DNA of 29,371 nucleotides. It comes from a virus (taxonomy: Duplodnaviria > Caudoviricetes). Within the stretch, counting starts at the first letter, position 1. Each line of letters opens with the position of its first letter. The notes below the pieces were generated by a model. That model was not told where the DNA came from and searched no databases. It worked only from the letters and a program-made list of their open reading frames with translations. Below, in pieces: positions 9,241-17,775 of the stretch. The stretch covers positions 1-29,371 of the IMG/VR virus record IMGVR_UViG_3300020185_000190, one strand, 5' to 3'. The position numbers and the translations under genes were made by a program.

Positions 9241-10176
9241 ATGAAATATAATGAACTTCAAGAAGGACCTCTTGTAAAAGGAAATTTAAGAGATAATCCT
9301 AATAGATTGCAAGCATTAATTACTAAGATTGAGAAAGGTGATCCTTTTGTTCTTGCTGGACAAAGTGAGCCATCTGTGATAATTAAGAAGAATTCAGAAG
9401 TTATAGATAATCTTAAAAATGGTATTATTCCTGATACATTTGAACTAGAAGACGGTCGCACAGTTAGACTTTCAGGTTTAGAAAAAACTGGTGAGTTTGG
9501 TGGCAGAGGTGCAGGGTTTTCCACACGTGACGAAGATGCTGCGCTTGCAACAATAAATAAAATGTTAGATCAAATGAAACAAGGAAATGTAGAAATTGAT
9601 CTTGTTATCGGTAATAAGACGGTATCGGTCGCTAAGTTTGTCTCTACTCCAGGTACTCCTAAATCAGATTTTCATGCAGTTGATACAAGTGGCAATGCAG
9701 TTGCTTGGATTTCACATAAAAAAGGTTCTAAAGCAAAAGACTTTGGACAATGGGGCGGAGTTTCAGATAAAGAACTTGCGGTTGTTTATAAACGTATACC
9801 TAGTATTAAAGAAGAAATAGATTCATTTGTACAGGCAGTTAGAGATATATCACCTGATGGACAAATGATTAAAGGCTCAACATTTGCTAGAAAACTAAAA
9901 GATGGCAGACTGCGCGGCATTGCAATTTATGGTATAGGATGGGGCGGTGCCACGGGACCGCAAAATGTTGATTTGGTATTACAGGGTGAACCAAAATTTG
10001 ATGGTAACAAACTTGTTGCAACCGGTTCATCTCATGCAAATAAAGAAAGACTCGAAGGCGACTTTGAACCAGTATTAATGGTAAGATACTCAAAAGATAG
10101 AAATAACTTTGGTATTAAAGGTGCCAGATTTGGAGTATATCCAATGGGTGGTCGCAAAATTGCAAAGTGGATTTAA
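9241..10176 (+). CDS. Putative PD-(D/E)XK-like nuclease with a possible head-targeting leader
   Basis: TPKSDF...AWISHKKG (PKxD...ISxK); starts MKYNELQE. Confidence 0.45.
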   Translation: MKYNELQEGPLVKGNLRDNPNRLQALITKIEKGDPFVLAGQSEPSVIIKKNSEVIDNLKNGIIPDTFELEDGRTVRLSGLEKTGEFGGRGAGFSTRDEDAALATINKMLDQMKQGNVEIDLVIGNKTVSVAKFVSTPGTPKSDFHAVDTSGNAVAWISHKKGSKAKDFGQWGGVSDKELAVVYKRIPSIKEEIDSFVQAVRDISPDGQMIKGSTFARKLKDGRLRGIAIYGIGWGGATGPQNVDLVLQGEPKFDGNKLVATGSSHANKERLEGDFEPVLMVRYSKDRNNFGIKGARFGVYPMGGRKIAKWI

Positions 10177-10190
10177 ATTTTAAATAATAC

Positions 10191-10219
10191 TTGACAATTA
10201 TTGTATTATAGTTTATTAT
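10191..10219 (+). promoter_or_regulatory. Sigma70 promoter, predicted leaderless for primase
   Basis: TTGACA-17-TATTAT; ATG follows 6 nt later. Confidence 0.8.
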
Positions 10220-10225
10220 GAACTT

Positions 10226-11227
10226 ATGAATCTACAGGAAGTTATATATTCGAGTCTACCTAGACCTCAGAGGCCTAGCAGTGGTGGCTGGTTATCATTT
10301 AATTGTCCTTGTTGTATAGAAAATGGCGAAGCAAGAAATGATACAAGATTGCGCGGTGGTATTAGAAACGATGTAGATAGTATATCGTATCATTGTTTTA
10401 ATTGTGGATTTACGGCATCACATAAGTTAGGCAGAGTCATTAATAAGAAAATGATTTTGCTAATGCGTAATTTAGGCATCTCTGATTCTGAAATAAAAAG
10501 AATACAATTACAAGCAATTAGAGACAAAGAATTAGCCGACGGTCCAATGGTGTTTGCCAGTAAGAAATCAAGTACCATCATACCTAAATTTAAAGAATGC
10601 GAATTACCAGAGGATAGTGTTTTACTAGATGATATATTACAAAGTGAACATCCAGATAGACGGGCAATTTTAGGTGCTAAATATCTAGTAGACAGAGGAA
10701 TATACGATCACATATCTAATATATATTGGAGTCCACATCCAGTATTCAGAAAACGTATTATTATTCCCTATCTACAAGGTGAACGAATAGTAGGATATAC
10801 TGGCAGAGACTATACTGGTAAAGCAGATTCAAAATATATGATGAAGACACCCAAAGACTTCATCTATAATATTGATGTTATTAAGAGTAGACGTAAGTAT
10901 TTAATAGTAACAGAAGGGGTGTTTGATGCAGCAGCATTAGATGGTGTTGCTATAATGAGTAATGAGGCAAGTAAAGAACAAATAGACTATATTAACTTAT
11001 TTAAAGGTGATATCATATTAAGTCCTGACAGGGATAAGGCTGGCGAAAAATTAATTAAACAGGCTATTGAAAACGGTTGGAGTGTTAGTTTCCCAAGATG
11101 GGAAGATGATATAAAAGATGCTGCTGATGCAGTGAATAAATATGGTAAGTTATATACTCTAAAGAGTATAATTGATAGTAAGATAAGTAATAGTACCAAA
11201 ATTAACGTAAAAATGCGTTTAGGATAA
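10226..11227 (+). CDS. DNA primase (T4 gp61/DnaG-like)
   Basis: Zn ribbon CPCC...YHCFNC; TOPRIM motifs VTEGVFDA and PDRDKAG. Confidence 0.9.
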   Translation: MNLQEVIYSSLPRPQRPSSGGWLSFNCPCCIENGEARNDTRLRGGIRNDVDSISYHCFNCGFTASHKLGRVINKKMILLMRNLGISDSEIKRIQLQAIRDKELADGPMVFASKKSSTIIPKFKECELPEDSVLLDDILQSEHPDRRAILGAKYLVDRGIYDHISNIYWSPHPVFRKRIIIPYLQGERIVGYTGRDYTGKADSKYMMKTPKDFIYNIDVIKSRRKYLIVTEGVFDAAALDGVAIMSNEASKEQIDYINLFKGDIILSPDRDKAGEKLIKQAIENGWSVSFPRWEDDIKDAADAVNKYGKLYTLKSIIDSKISNSTKINVKMRLG

Positions 11228-11245
11228 TATAGGAAATACAAATAC

Positions 11246-11932
11246 ATGGCAAAGAATCCAGTCAAAAAGAAAACAACTAAAAAGAAACCAGAGAAGAAAC
11301 CAGCAGTAGAAACAAAAGTAATTCCATCGCCGAAAGAGCAACCGGCACCACCTCAAATGCAGATGCCGCAGCCTCCGGCGCAACCAAAAAAGCCAGGTGA
11401 AATACTATACGATAACGGCGTTTTATTCATGGATAAGGAATTCAATCAAGAAAATTGTATGCCATTAGTCAAAATGATTATGGAATATAATATGATGCCC
11501 GAAGGCCAAAAACCTGAGGTAATTCATCTTTATATTAATTCTCCCGGTGGCGCAGTAAATAGCGCACTACATCTAATTGATACAATCAAACAAAGTTCAA
11601 TTCCAGTATATACATATGGAATGGGTATGATTGCAAGTTGCGGTGTTCTACTGATGATGGCAGGCGAAAAAGGCCATAGGTATCTAACACAGAATACTAG
11701 TGTAATGTCACATCAATATAGTTGGGGGTCGAAAGGCAAAGAACACGAACTAATGTCAATTGTTAAAGAGTTCGAATTATCAACAGAACGTATGCTTGAC
11801 CATTATAAAAAATGTACAGGCAAAACAGAAAGTTATATTCGTAAAAACTTGCTTCCAGAAAGTGATATGTGGTTAACTCCAGAAGAGGCAATTAAACATG
11901 GAATTGCTGATAAAATTATTCAAACATACTAG
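11246..11932 (+). CDS. clpP: ClpP-family protease subunit with a Lys/Pro-rich N-terminal extension
   Basis: LYINSPGG, catalytic Ser in IASCG, His in MSHQ, DMWLTPEEAIKHGIAD. Confidence 0.9.
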   Translation: MAKNPVKKKTTKKKPEKKPAVETKVIPSPKEQPAPPQMQMPQPPAQPKKPGEILYDNGVLFMDKEFNQENCMPLVKMIMEYNMMPEGQKPEVIHLYINSPGGAVNSALHLIDTIKQSSIPVYTYGMGMIASCGVLLMMAGEKGHRYLTQNTSVMSHQYSWGSKGKEHELMSIVKEFELSTERMLDHYKKCTGKTESYIRKNLLPESDMWLTPEEAIKHGIADKIIQTY

Positions 11933-11942
11933 TATATTATAG

Positions 11943-11972
11943 TTGACATGTTACTATAATTTGTGTTATAAT
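11943..11972 (+). promoter_or_regulatory. Sigma70 promoter
   Basis: TTGACA-18-TATAAT with a TGn extension. Confidence 0.7.
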
Positions 11973-12004
11973 TACCTTAAAAGTTATAATTTATTGGATA
12001 CGAT

Positions 12005-12427
12005 ATGACAGAAGAAACAAATATACCTACATCAGAAGTAAAAGAATCTGGTGAATATGAAAACTTGATGGACCTTGCTGCCCAAAATAAACAGAAAAAA
12101 CTAGAAAATCCTGATGCGTTTGCAAGTTTATTTGATGTTGAAGAAGTAGAAATTAATCCAGACCACTGGACACAACATTGGAAAGAAATGCCTGAATTTG
12201 TACAGGAAGATAATGGACCTTGGAAAACAGTTAGAATTCATTTTCGTAATGAAGAAGACTATGATGAATTTGCAAAATTAACTGGCAATACACATCTTAC
12301 AAAGAAAACAAAAAGTGCATGGTATCCTAAGTTAGAAATTACTAAAAATGCATTACTTCGTTGGATAGAAGATGATGATGATGAAGATACAGCAATCGAT
12401 GATGACAACAATGAAGGCTGGCAATGA
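12005..12427 (+). CDS. Acidic partner protein of the phage glycosyltransferase
   Basis: EMPEFVQED...IHFRNEEDYDEF...TKSAWYP; ATGA-coupled to the glycosyltransferase. Confidence 0.65.
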   Translation: MTEETNIPTSEVKESGEYENLMDLAAQNKQKKLENPDAFASLFDVEEVEINPDHWTQHWKEMPEFVQEDNGPWKTVRIHFRNEEDYDEFAKLTGNTHLTKKTKSAWYPKLEITKNALLRWIEDDDDEDTAIDDDNNEGWQ

Positions 12428-13371
12428 GTAAACGAACTGATCCGAAATATCCAGTATATATTATATCTAAAACTAGACATGAATCCATGTTTACTTCTCG
12501 TTCATTAGCACGTATGGGAATAAAACATTATATTTCTGTAGAACCACAAGATTATGATAATTATGATGCTGCATTAGATGAATTTAATATTCGGCCATAT
12601 GTTACATTGCTAACATTACCTTTCAGTAATCATGGTGATGGACCAGGAAGAGCAAGAAATTGGTGCTGGGATCATTCTATGGAAGTATTGAAAGCAAAAA
12701 GACATTGGGTACTAGATGATAATATTCAAGACTTTTATAGACTACATAATAATCAGCGTATTCGTGTAGAGTCTGGTTTGTTCTTCAAGATTATGGAAGA
12801 CTTTTGTGATAGATATGAAAATGTAAAAATTGCTGGACCACAGTATCGTTTTTTCTGCGCAGCAGATCAATCATATCCTCCATATGTAAAAAACACTCGA
12901 ATATATTCAACACTTTTAATTGAAAATGATTGCAAGTATAGATGGCGTGGCAGATACAATGAGGATACTGATATTTGTCTTCGTGTTCTTAAAGATGGCG
13001 ATTGTACAATACAATTTAATGCATTCTTACAGGGAAAGTGTGCAACTCAAACTGTTAAGGGTGGGAATACAGAAGAATTTTATCATGCTGAATATACGGA
13101 CAATGAAGACTTTCAAAAAACCAAATACAACAGTGATGGAACAATTAATAAATCACAAATGTTAGCAGATATGCATCCGGATGTTGCGAAAGTGGTATGG
13201 AGATATGGAAGATGGCATCATTATGTAGACTACTTGCCATTTAAAAAGAATATGTTAAAACTAAAAGATGGCATTACATTATCAACAAACACAAACAATT
13301 ATGGTCTCAAACTAAAAACATATAATAGTGTTAATGAATTTGAAACTGAACAGAATATTCAAACCAAATAG
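12424..13371 (+). CDS. GREB1-like/TET-associated (TAGT) GT-A glycosyltransferase, probable DNA base hypermodification
   Basis: YPVYIISK.R, GPGRARNWCWDHS, HWVLDDNI, RIYS.LLI, WRGRYNEDTDICLRVLKDG. Confidence 0.75.
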   Translation: MSKRTDPKYPVYIISKTRHESMFTSRSLARMGIKHYISVEPQDYDNYDAALDEFNIRPYVTLLTLPFSNHGDGPGRARNWCWDHSMEVLKAKRHWVLDDNIQDFYRLHNNQRIRVESGLFFKIMEDFCDRYENVKIAGPQYRFFCAADQSYPPYVKNTRIYSTLLIENDCKYRWRGRYNEDTDICLRVLKDGDCTIQFNAFLQGKCATQTVKGGNTEEFYHAEYTDNEDFQKTKYNSDGTINKSQMLADMHPDVAKVVWRYGRWHHYVDYLPFKKNMLKLKDGITLSTNTNNYGLKLKTYNSVNEFETEQNIQTK

Positions 13372-13473
13372 ATGTAATACTGCTACACTTTATCGCATGT
13401 GTTTTACTTGAAACTTGACAAATATACACTATATTATTAATAAGTATTATTGAGAAGATGAAAGGGAAAGAAA

Positions 13474-13890
13474 ATGAAAAATTTAATTGTTGCAGCAATT
13501 GTGGCACTATTTGCTACTAATGCATATGCAGAAGATACAACAGTAGAAATGTTAAATAATCGTGATGATGGTGCAAAGATGGTGTACTCAGAAGATATCA
13601 CACGTATTGACGTAGGTGATACAATTACTTGGGTACCGACATCAAAAGGTCACAATGTGGAATTTATTGCAGGTCCAGATGGTTGGAAAGCACCACGTAA
13701 ATCAAAACTCAACAAAGAAGTTGAAATTGCATTTGATACCCCAGGCGTCTATGTATATCAGTGTTCACCACACAAGTCGATGGGCATGATTGCTATTGTT
13801 GTTGTAGGTGACGGAGACAATGATGTATCCAAAGCCAAAGTAAAAGGCAAGTCAAAGAAAAAACTAAAGGCATTGTTAGCAGAGTTATAA
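13474..13890 (+). CDS. Pseudoazurin-type blue copper protein with a signal peptide
   Basis: Signal peptide ending AYA; type-1 Cu ligands GHNVEF and CSPHKSMGM; VGDTITW. Confidence 0.9.
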   Translation: MKNLIVAAIVALFATNAYAEDTTVEMLNNRDDGAKMVYSEDITRIDVGDTITWVPTSKGHNVEFIAGPDGWKAPRKSKLNKEVEIAFDTPGVYVYQCSPHKSMGMIAIVVVGDGDNDVSKAKVKGKSKKKLKALLAEL

Positions 13891-13893
13891 GTT

Positions 13894-14301
13894 ATGTTTA
13901 GAAACTTTGTAAACAAAATTCCAGAGTTTTGTATGACTCATTGGCTACTTCGTATTCCACTTATTGTTGTATTTTTTCAGCAAGGAATGAACAAGTGGCC
14001 AATCAATATCGAAGACTCGCCAGTAGAACTTACACTATTAGTTTGGTCGGTTGTTGTACTAGGAGAACTTGGAGCCGCTGCAGGATTATTAGTCGGCGGC
14101 CTATCAGACTATATCAAACGACTAAAAGAGTTTGGTGATGTTATTACACGTTTCAGTGGCATTACTATTGCCAGTATTATGACAGGTGTTATATGGACAG
14201 GCGAACCAGAAAGTTTCTGGGATGTGATCCTATACGACCACTTTCATGTTCTACTATGGGTAGGCGGAATGTATTTTGCTCTAAGAGGAAACAGAACGTA
14301 A
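13894..14301 (+). CDS. DoxX-family membrane protein
   Basis: LLRIPL..VF.QQG..K, GELGAAAGLLVG, TRFSG; four hydrophobic segments. Confidence 0.75.
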   Translation: MFRNFVNKIPEFCMTHWLLRIPLIVVFFQQGMNKWPINIEDSPVELTLLVWSVVVLGELGAAAGLLVGGLSDYIKRLKEFGDVITRFSGITIASIMTGVIWTGEPESFWDVILYDHFHVLLWVGGMYFALRGNRT

Positions 14302-14408
14302 TGCACGGCGATAGAGGCAATTATAAAATAGTTATATTAATGCTTGTCTTGTGTGTTGTATTACATGTAGTTGTTATACCGATTTGGATGTGGAGATTAG
14401 GACTATGA
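14301..14408 (+). CDS. 35 aa single-pass membrane peptide
   Basis: TAATG overlap; MHGDRGNYKIVILMLVLCVVLHVVVIPIWMWRLGL. Confidence 0.55.
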   Translation: MHGDRGNYKIVILMLVLCVVLHVVVIPIWMWRLGL

Positions 14409-14620
14409 AACCAAATGAAAATTTTAAGTTATCAGTTAGGGATTTAGAAATTATAGAAAACGCACTAAGTGCAAAAGTTTCCAGAAGGGCAAAACGTTTA
14501 ATGGAAGAACATGATGATAAACTAGCACAAGAGTTGAAAGAAATTCGTGATTTGCTAGGAAGATTCCATAATCAAAAGATTTTTTATAGACCAGCAAACA
14601 GATTTGGTAGAGGAAAATAA
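14405..14620 (+). CDS. Small hypothetical protein (MKPNENFKLSVRDLEIIENAL...)
   Basis: ATGA overlap at 14405 with AGGA upstream; true start is later than in the ORF track. Confidence 0.7.
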   Translation: MKPNENFKLSVRDLEIIENALSAKVSRRAKRLMEEHDDKLAQELKEIRDLLGRFHNQKIFYRPANRFGRGK

Positions 14621-14643
14621 AAGGGCGCTTCGGCGCTCTTTTT
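14619..14643 (+). terminator. Rho-independent terminator with a C-UUCG-G loop
   Basis: AAAAGGGCGC-TTCG-GCGCTCTTTTT. Confidence 0.9.
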
Positions 14644-14645
14644 AC

Positions 14646-14674
14646 TTGACAAACAATACGAATCATTATATAAA
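14646..14674 (+). promoter_or_regulatory. Sigma70 early promoter with CGAATCA in the spacer
   Basis: TTGACA-17-TATAAA; ACGAATCA at the same offset as in the 926 promoter. Confidence 0.75.
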
Positions 14675-14792
14675 GAACGTACATGCTAATAAACAGAGAG
14701 CCGATTTGTTGGATATCTTTAGTAATATTGATGAAACTCAAATAGAACCAGAAGACTATTGGGGAAATTTTGAAATTTTAGGAAACACTACA

Positions 14793-15377
14793 ATGAAAAC
14801 TTCTACATATGCTACTCAATTAAAATCAGTAATTAATTCACAAGTATACAGTTCGGTCGTATATAGTTTAGGATCACAATTAAACGACCGCAAAGATAGA
14901 TTTGATAAGGCAGATATAATTGAACAAACAGTTGAAGCAGCAACAGATGGGAGATTAGTTTGGATTGATGATATTGGCAGAGATCATCGGGACACAATAG
15001 AAAATTTAGATATCGAATTTAAATATATGACTGACGGTATGTTTACCAAACGTAACAAGCAAAAAAAGACAGTCAAAGTAAAATTAAAAAATAGTTTAGG
15101 CGAAAACAAAGGCACTACAATTGAAAACCCTGCTGATTTTTATATGCTTGGTCAGCAAAATGCAATTGCAATTATTAGTTCAGAGGATGTAAAACCGTAT
15201 TTGGTTGGTGTTTCTGACGGTATCGAAGCACATATTCCATTCGATGCATTAGAGTTCGTTTTTCGACCAGAAGATATTTCAAATACACAACTTGTAGAAG
15301 TTAATTACAAAGATGCAAAACGTAAAGCACAACGTGCGGTAATTGAATCTGTTAAACAAAGTATAGAAAATGCTTGA
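14793..15377 (+). CDS. Putative restriction-endonuclease-like protein
   Basis: IIEQ...GRDH...DIEFK fits E...D...ExK; adjacent to a methyltransferase; AGGA RBS before ATG 14793 (an upstream in-frame TTG start is also possible). Confidence 0.5.
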   Translation: MKTSTYATQLKSVINSQVYSSVVYSLGSQLNDRKDRFDKADIIEQTVEAATDGRLVWIDDIGRDHRDTIENLDIEFKYMTDGMFTKRNKQKKTVKVKLKNSLGENKGTTIENPADFYMLGQQNAIAIISSEDVKPYLVGVSDGIEAHIPFDALEFVFRPEDISNTQLVEVNYKDAKRKAQRAVIESVKQSIENA

Positions 15378-15416
15378 TATCTTATTCGAATTATAGTATA
15401 ATTGACAGATATCAAG
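15373..15416 (+). promoter_or_regulatory. Methyltransferase promoter inside nested inverted repeats
   Basis: TTGATA-17-TATAAT; CTTGATATCT...AGATATCAAG flanking AATTATA-G-TATAATT. Confidence 0.7.
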
Positions 15417-15424
15417 GAGAGTAA

Positions 15425-16291
15425 ATGACCTATACAGTTTATAATCAAGATTGCACTAGTGGCATCAGTGAACATATAGAAGATGGAACAGTAGATTTGA
15501 TATTTACTGATCCTCCGTATGGTATTGAGGGTGATAAACTTGACACACATTATAATCGTGATGAAGGCAACGTAGTTCCAGGTTATGTAGAAGTTCCATT
15601 AGAAACATATGGTGAATTTTCTAAGCAATGGATCACAGAATGTGCAAGAGTTTTGCGACCGGGCGGTAGTATGTATATTGTCAGTGGTTATACAAATTTG
15701 CATCATATACTTAATGCATTGCACTCAACAGACTTAAAAGAAATTAATCATATTATTGCACAATATAGTTTTGGTGTATCAACAAAAAACAAATTTGTAA
15801 GTAGTCACTATCATGTTTTGTTTTGGTCAAAGCCAGAAACAAGCAAGCAAAAGCGTACATTTAATACCAATGCTTATTACACTGATAGTAAAGATAGTTA
15901 TCATGACCGATTGACAGTACAGACAATGCCGCGTAGTCATAAACCTGGACAAATTAAAAACAAGAACCAACTGAATGAAGATTGGATTGAGAAGTTTATA
16001 CTATATAGTAGTAATCGTGGTGATGTAGTAATGGATCCATTTTGTGGTGGCTTTACTACGCCTAGAACTGCATTGCGATATGGTAGAAAATTTGTTGGAT
16101 TTGAAATGAATAAAAACGCATATGATGCTTTCTTACCAACACTTGATGAAGTAGAAGTATTACCTGACCCGGATCCTATTTCGCCATCTGCAGGAGAACT
16201 GGCAAAACGAGAAAAGCAGCGCGAAGGATGGAAGAGAGATAGATTACGCAAGAAAGAAGAAAACAATTTAAATCCAGCACTGTTTGATTAA
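15425..16291 (+). CDS. Beta-class N6-A/N4-C DNA methyltransferase
   Basis: VDLIFTDPPY precedes VMDPFCGGFTT and GRKFVGFE; AAGGAG RBS. Confidence 0.9.
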   Translation: MTYTVYNQDCTSGISEHIEDGTVDLIFTDPPYGIEGDKLDTHYNRDEGNVVPGYVEVPLETYGEFSKQWITECARVLRPGGSMYIVSGYTNLHHILNALHSTDLKEINHIIAQYSFGVSTKNKFVSSHYHVLFWSKPETSKQKRTFNTNAYYTDSKDSYHDRLTVQTMPRSHKPGQIKNKNQLNEDWIEKFILYSSNRGDVVMDPFCGGFTTPRTALRYGRKFVGFEMNKNAYDAFLPTLDEVEVLPDPDPISPSAGELAKREKQREGWKRDRLRKKEENNLNPALFD

Positions 16292-16296
16292 AAGTG

Positions 16297-16325
16297 TTGA
16301 CCTTTACACATAGAAATGATATACT
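16297..16325 (+). promoter_or_regulatory. Sigma70 promoter with extended -10, predicted leaderless for the replicative helicase
   Basis: TTGACC-17-TATACT preceded by TGn; ATG follows 6 nt later. Confidence 0.8.
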
Positions 16326-16331
16326 ATACAA

Positions 16332-17750
16332 ATGTCAGAAGTAAAAAATTATAGCCCAGACTTACAGAAACTATTCATTCAATTCATGGTAACTAATCCT
16401 GAACTATATACTAGAATCAGAGGGATTATCAAGCCTGAATATTTCGACCGCAGTGTTCGTCCTGTGGTCAAACAACTTATTGATTATAGTGAAGATTATT
16501 CTACACTGCCAGACACTGCAATTATTAAGGCAGAAACGGGGCAAGACATTGAGAAGTTGGACAACATAACCCAGCATGAAGAATGGTTTGTGGATGAGTT
16601 TGAGACATTTTGCCGTCACAAGGCTATTGAGAAGGCTATTATCGATAGCACAGACTTACTTGAGACTGGCAAGTACGGTGAAGTAGAACTTAGAATCAAA
16701 GAGGCCGTTCAAATTGGACTGGCACGTAGTTTAGGAACAGATTATTTTGCTGATCCTAGAGGTGTGCTTGAACGGATGAAAGACAACAATGGTCAGATTA
16801 CGACTGGTTGGAAATCTCTTGATGATAAGTTATATGGTGGCATTAATCGTGGGGAGATTACGATTTTTGCAGGCGGCTCCGGGGCAGGTAAATCCCTTTT
16901 TATGCAAAATATGAGCCTGAATTGGGCGGAGGCTGGGTTGAATTGTGTCTACTTCACATTGGAGTTATCCGAGGAACTTTCAAGTATGCGTATGTATGCA
17001 ATGCAGACGGACCGCAGTACTAGACGCATTTTTAAAGACTTAGATGATGTTGAACTACAAGTTAAAGCGAAAGGCAAACAGTCCGGTATGCTACGTATAA
17101 AGTATCTTCCGAGTGGTTCAACAATCAATGATCTACGGTCTTACTTGAAAGAACTTCAGATACAAACTGGCAAAACAGTAGATTGCATGTGTATTGACTA
17201 TCTAGATTTGTTAATGCCCGCAACTAAAAAAGTCCAAGCAGGTGATACCTTTACCAAAGACAAGTATGTCACAGAAGAAATGCGCAACTTTTCTATGGAA
17301 ACGCAAACTGTTACGGTGACTGCATCACAATTAAATCGTAGTGCAGTTGAAGAAATTGAATTTGATCATTCTCATATTGCGGGTGGCATTAGTAAAATTC
17401 AAACTGCTGATAATGTAATTGGTATTTTCACATCGAATGCCATGCGTGAACGTGGACAATATCAATTGCAACTATTAAAAACACGTTCATCTTCTGGAGT
17501 TGGTAGCAAAGTAAGTTTATTATTTGATAGAGATAGTCTACGTATATCAGATGATCCAGATCAGGATAGTACTGGTGCAGGTACACCGAGCAATGGTGGC
17601 GGTACCACCAGTGTTGTTGATCAACTTAGAAAGAAAACAACTCTAAATAAATCAGATGATGATACTCCTGTATTTGAAAAAACAAAGGCAGCAAGTTCAC
17701 TCCGAGCAATGTTGAAAACTAAAAGCAGGTCGGCTTTTGACGAAACTTGA
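16332..17750 (+). CDS. Replicative DnaB-like helicase (T4 gp41-like)
   Basis: TGWKSLD, AGGSGAGKS, FTLELSE, IDYLDL, TASQLNR, LKTR. Confidence 0.92.
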   Translation: MSEVKNYSPDLQKLFIQFMVTNPELYTRIRGIIKPEYFDRSVRPVVKQLIDYSEDYSTLPDTAIIKAETGQDIEKLDNITQHEEWFVDEFETFCRHKAIEKAIIDSTDLLETGKYGEVELRIKEAVQIGLARSLGTDYFADPRGVLERMKDNNGQITTGWKSLDDKLYGGINRGEITIFAGGSGAGKSLFMQNMSLNWAEAGLNCVYFTLELSEELSSMRMYAMQTDRSTRRIFKDLDDVELQVKAKGKQSGMLRIKYLPSGSTINDLRSYLKELQIQTGKTVDCMCIDYLDLLMPATKKVQAGDTFTKDKYVTEEMRNFSMETQTVTVTASQLNRSAVEEIEFDHSHIAGGISKIQTADNVIGIFTSNAMRERGQYQLQLLKTRSSSGVGSKVSLLFDRDSLRISDDPDQDSTGAGTPSNGGGTTSVVDQLRKKTTLNKSDDDTPVFEKTKAASSLRAMLKTKSRSAFDET

Positions 17751-17756
17751 TAAATA
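17749..17756 (+). promoter_or_regulatory. Late promoter motif GATAAATA
   Basis: Start of the late block; GGAG RBS downstream. Confidence 0.7.
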
Positions 17757-17775
17757 CACTTAACGGAGAATTGTT

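Noticed and set aside
14604-14792. ORF-track N-terminal extension of the nuclease-like gene
   Set aside because: Runs through a terminator (14619-14643) and a promoter (14646-14674), so the real start must be downstream.
15402-15415. FNR-box-like TTGAC-N4-ATCAA
   Set aside because: Better explained as part of the larger inverted repeat, and no similar box was seen at the pseudoazurin promoter.
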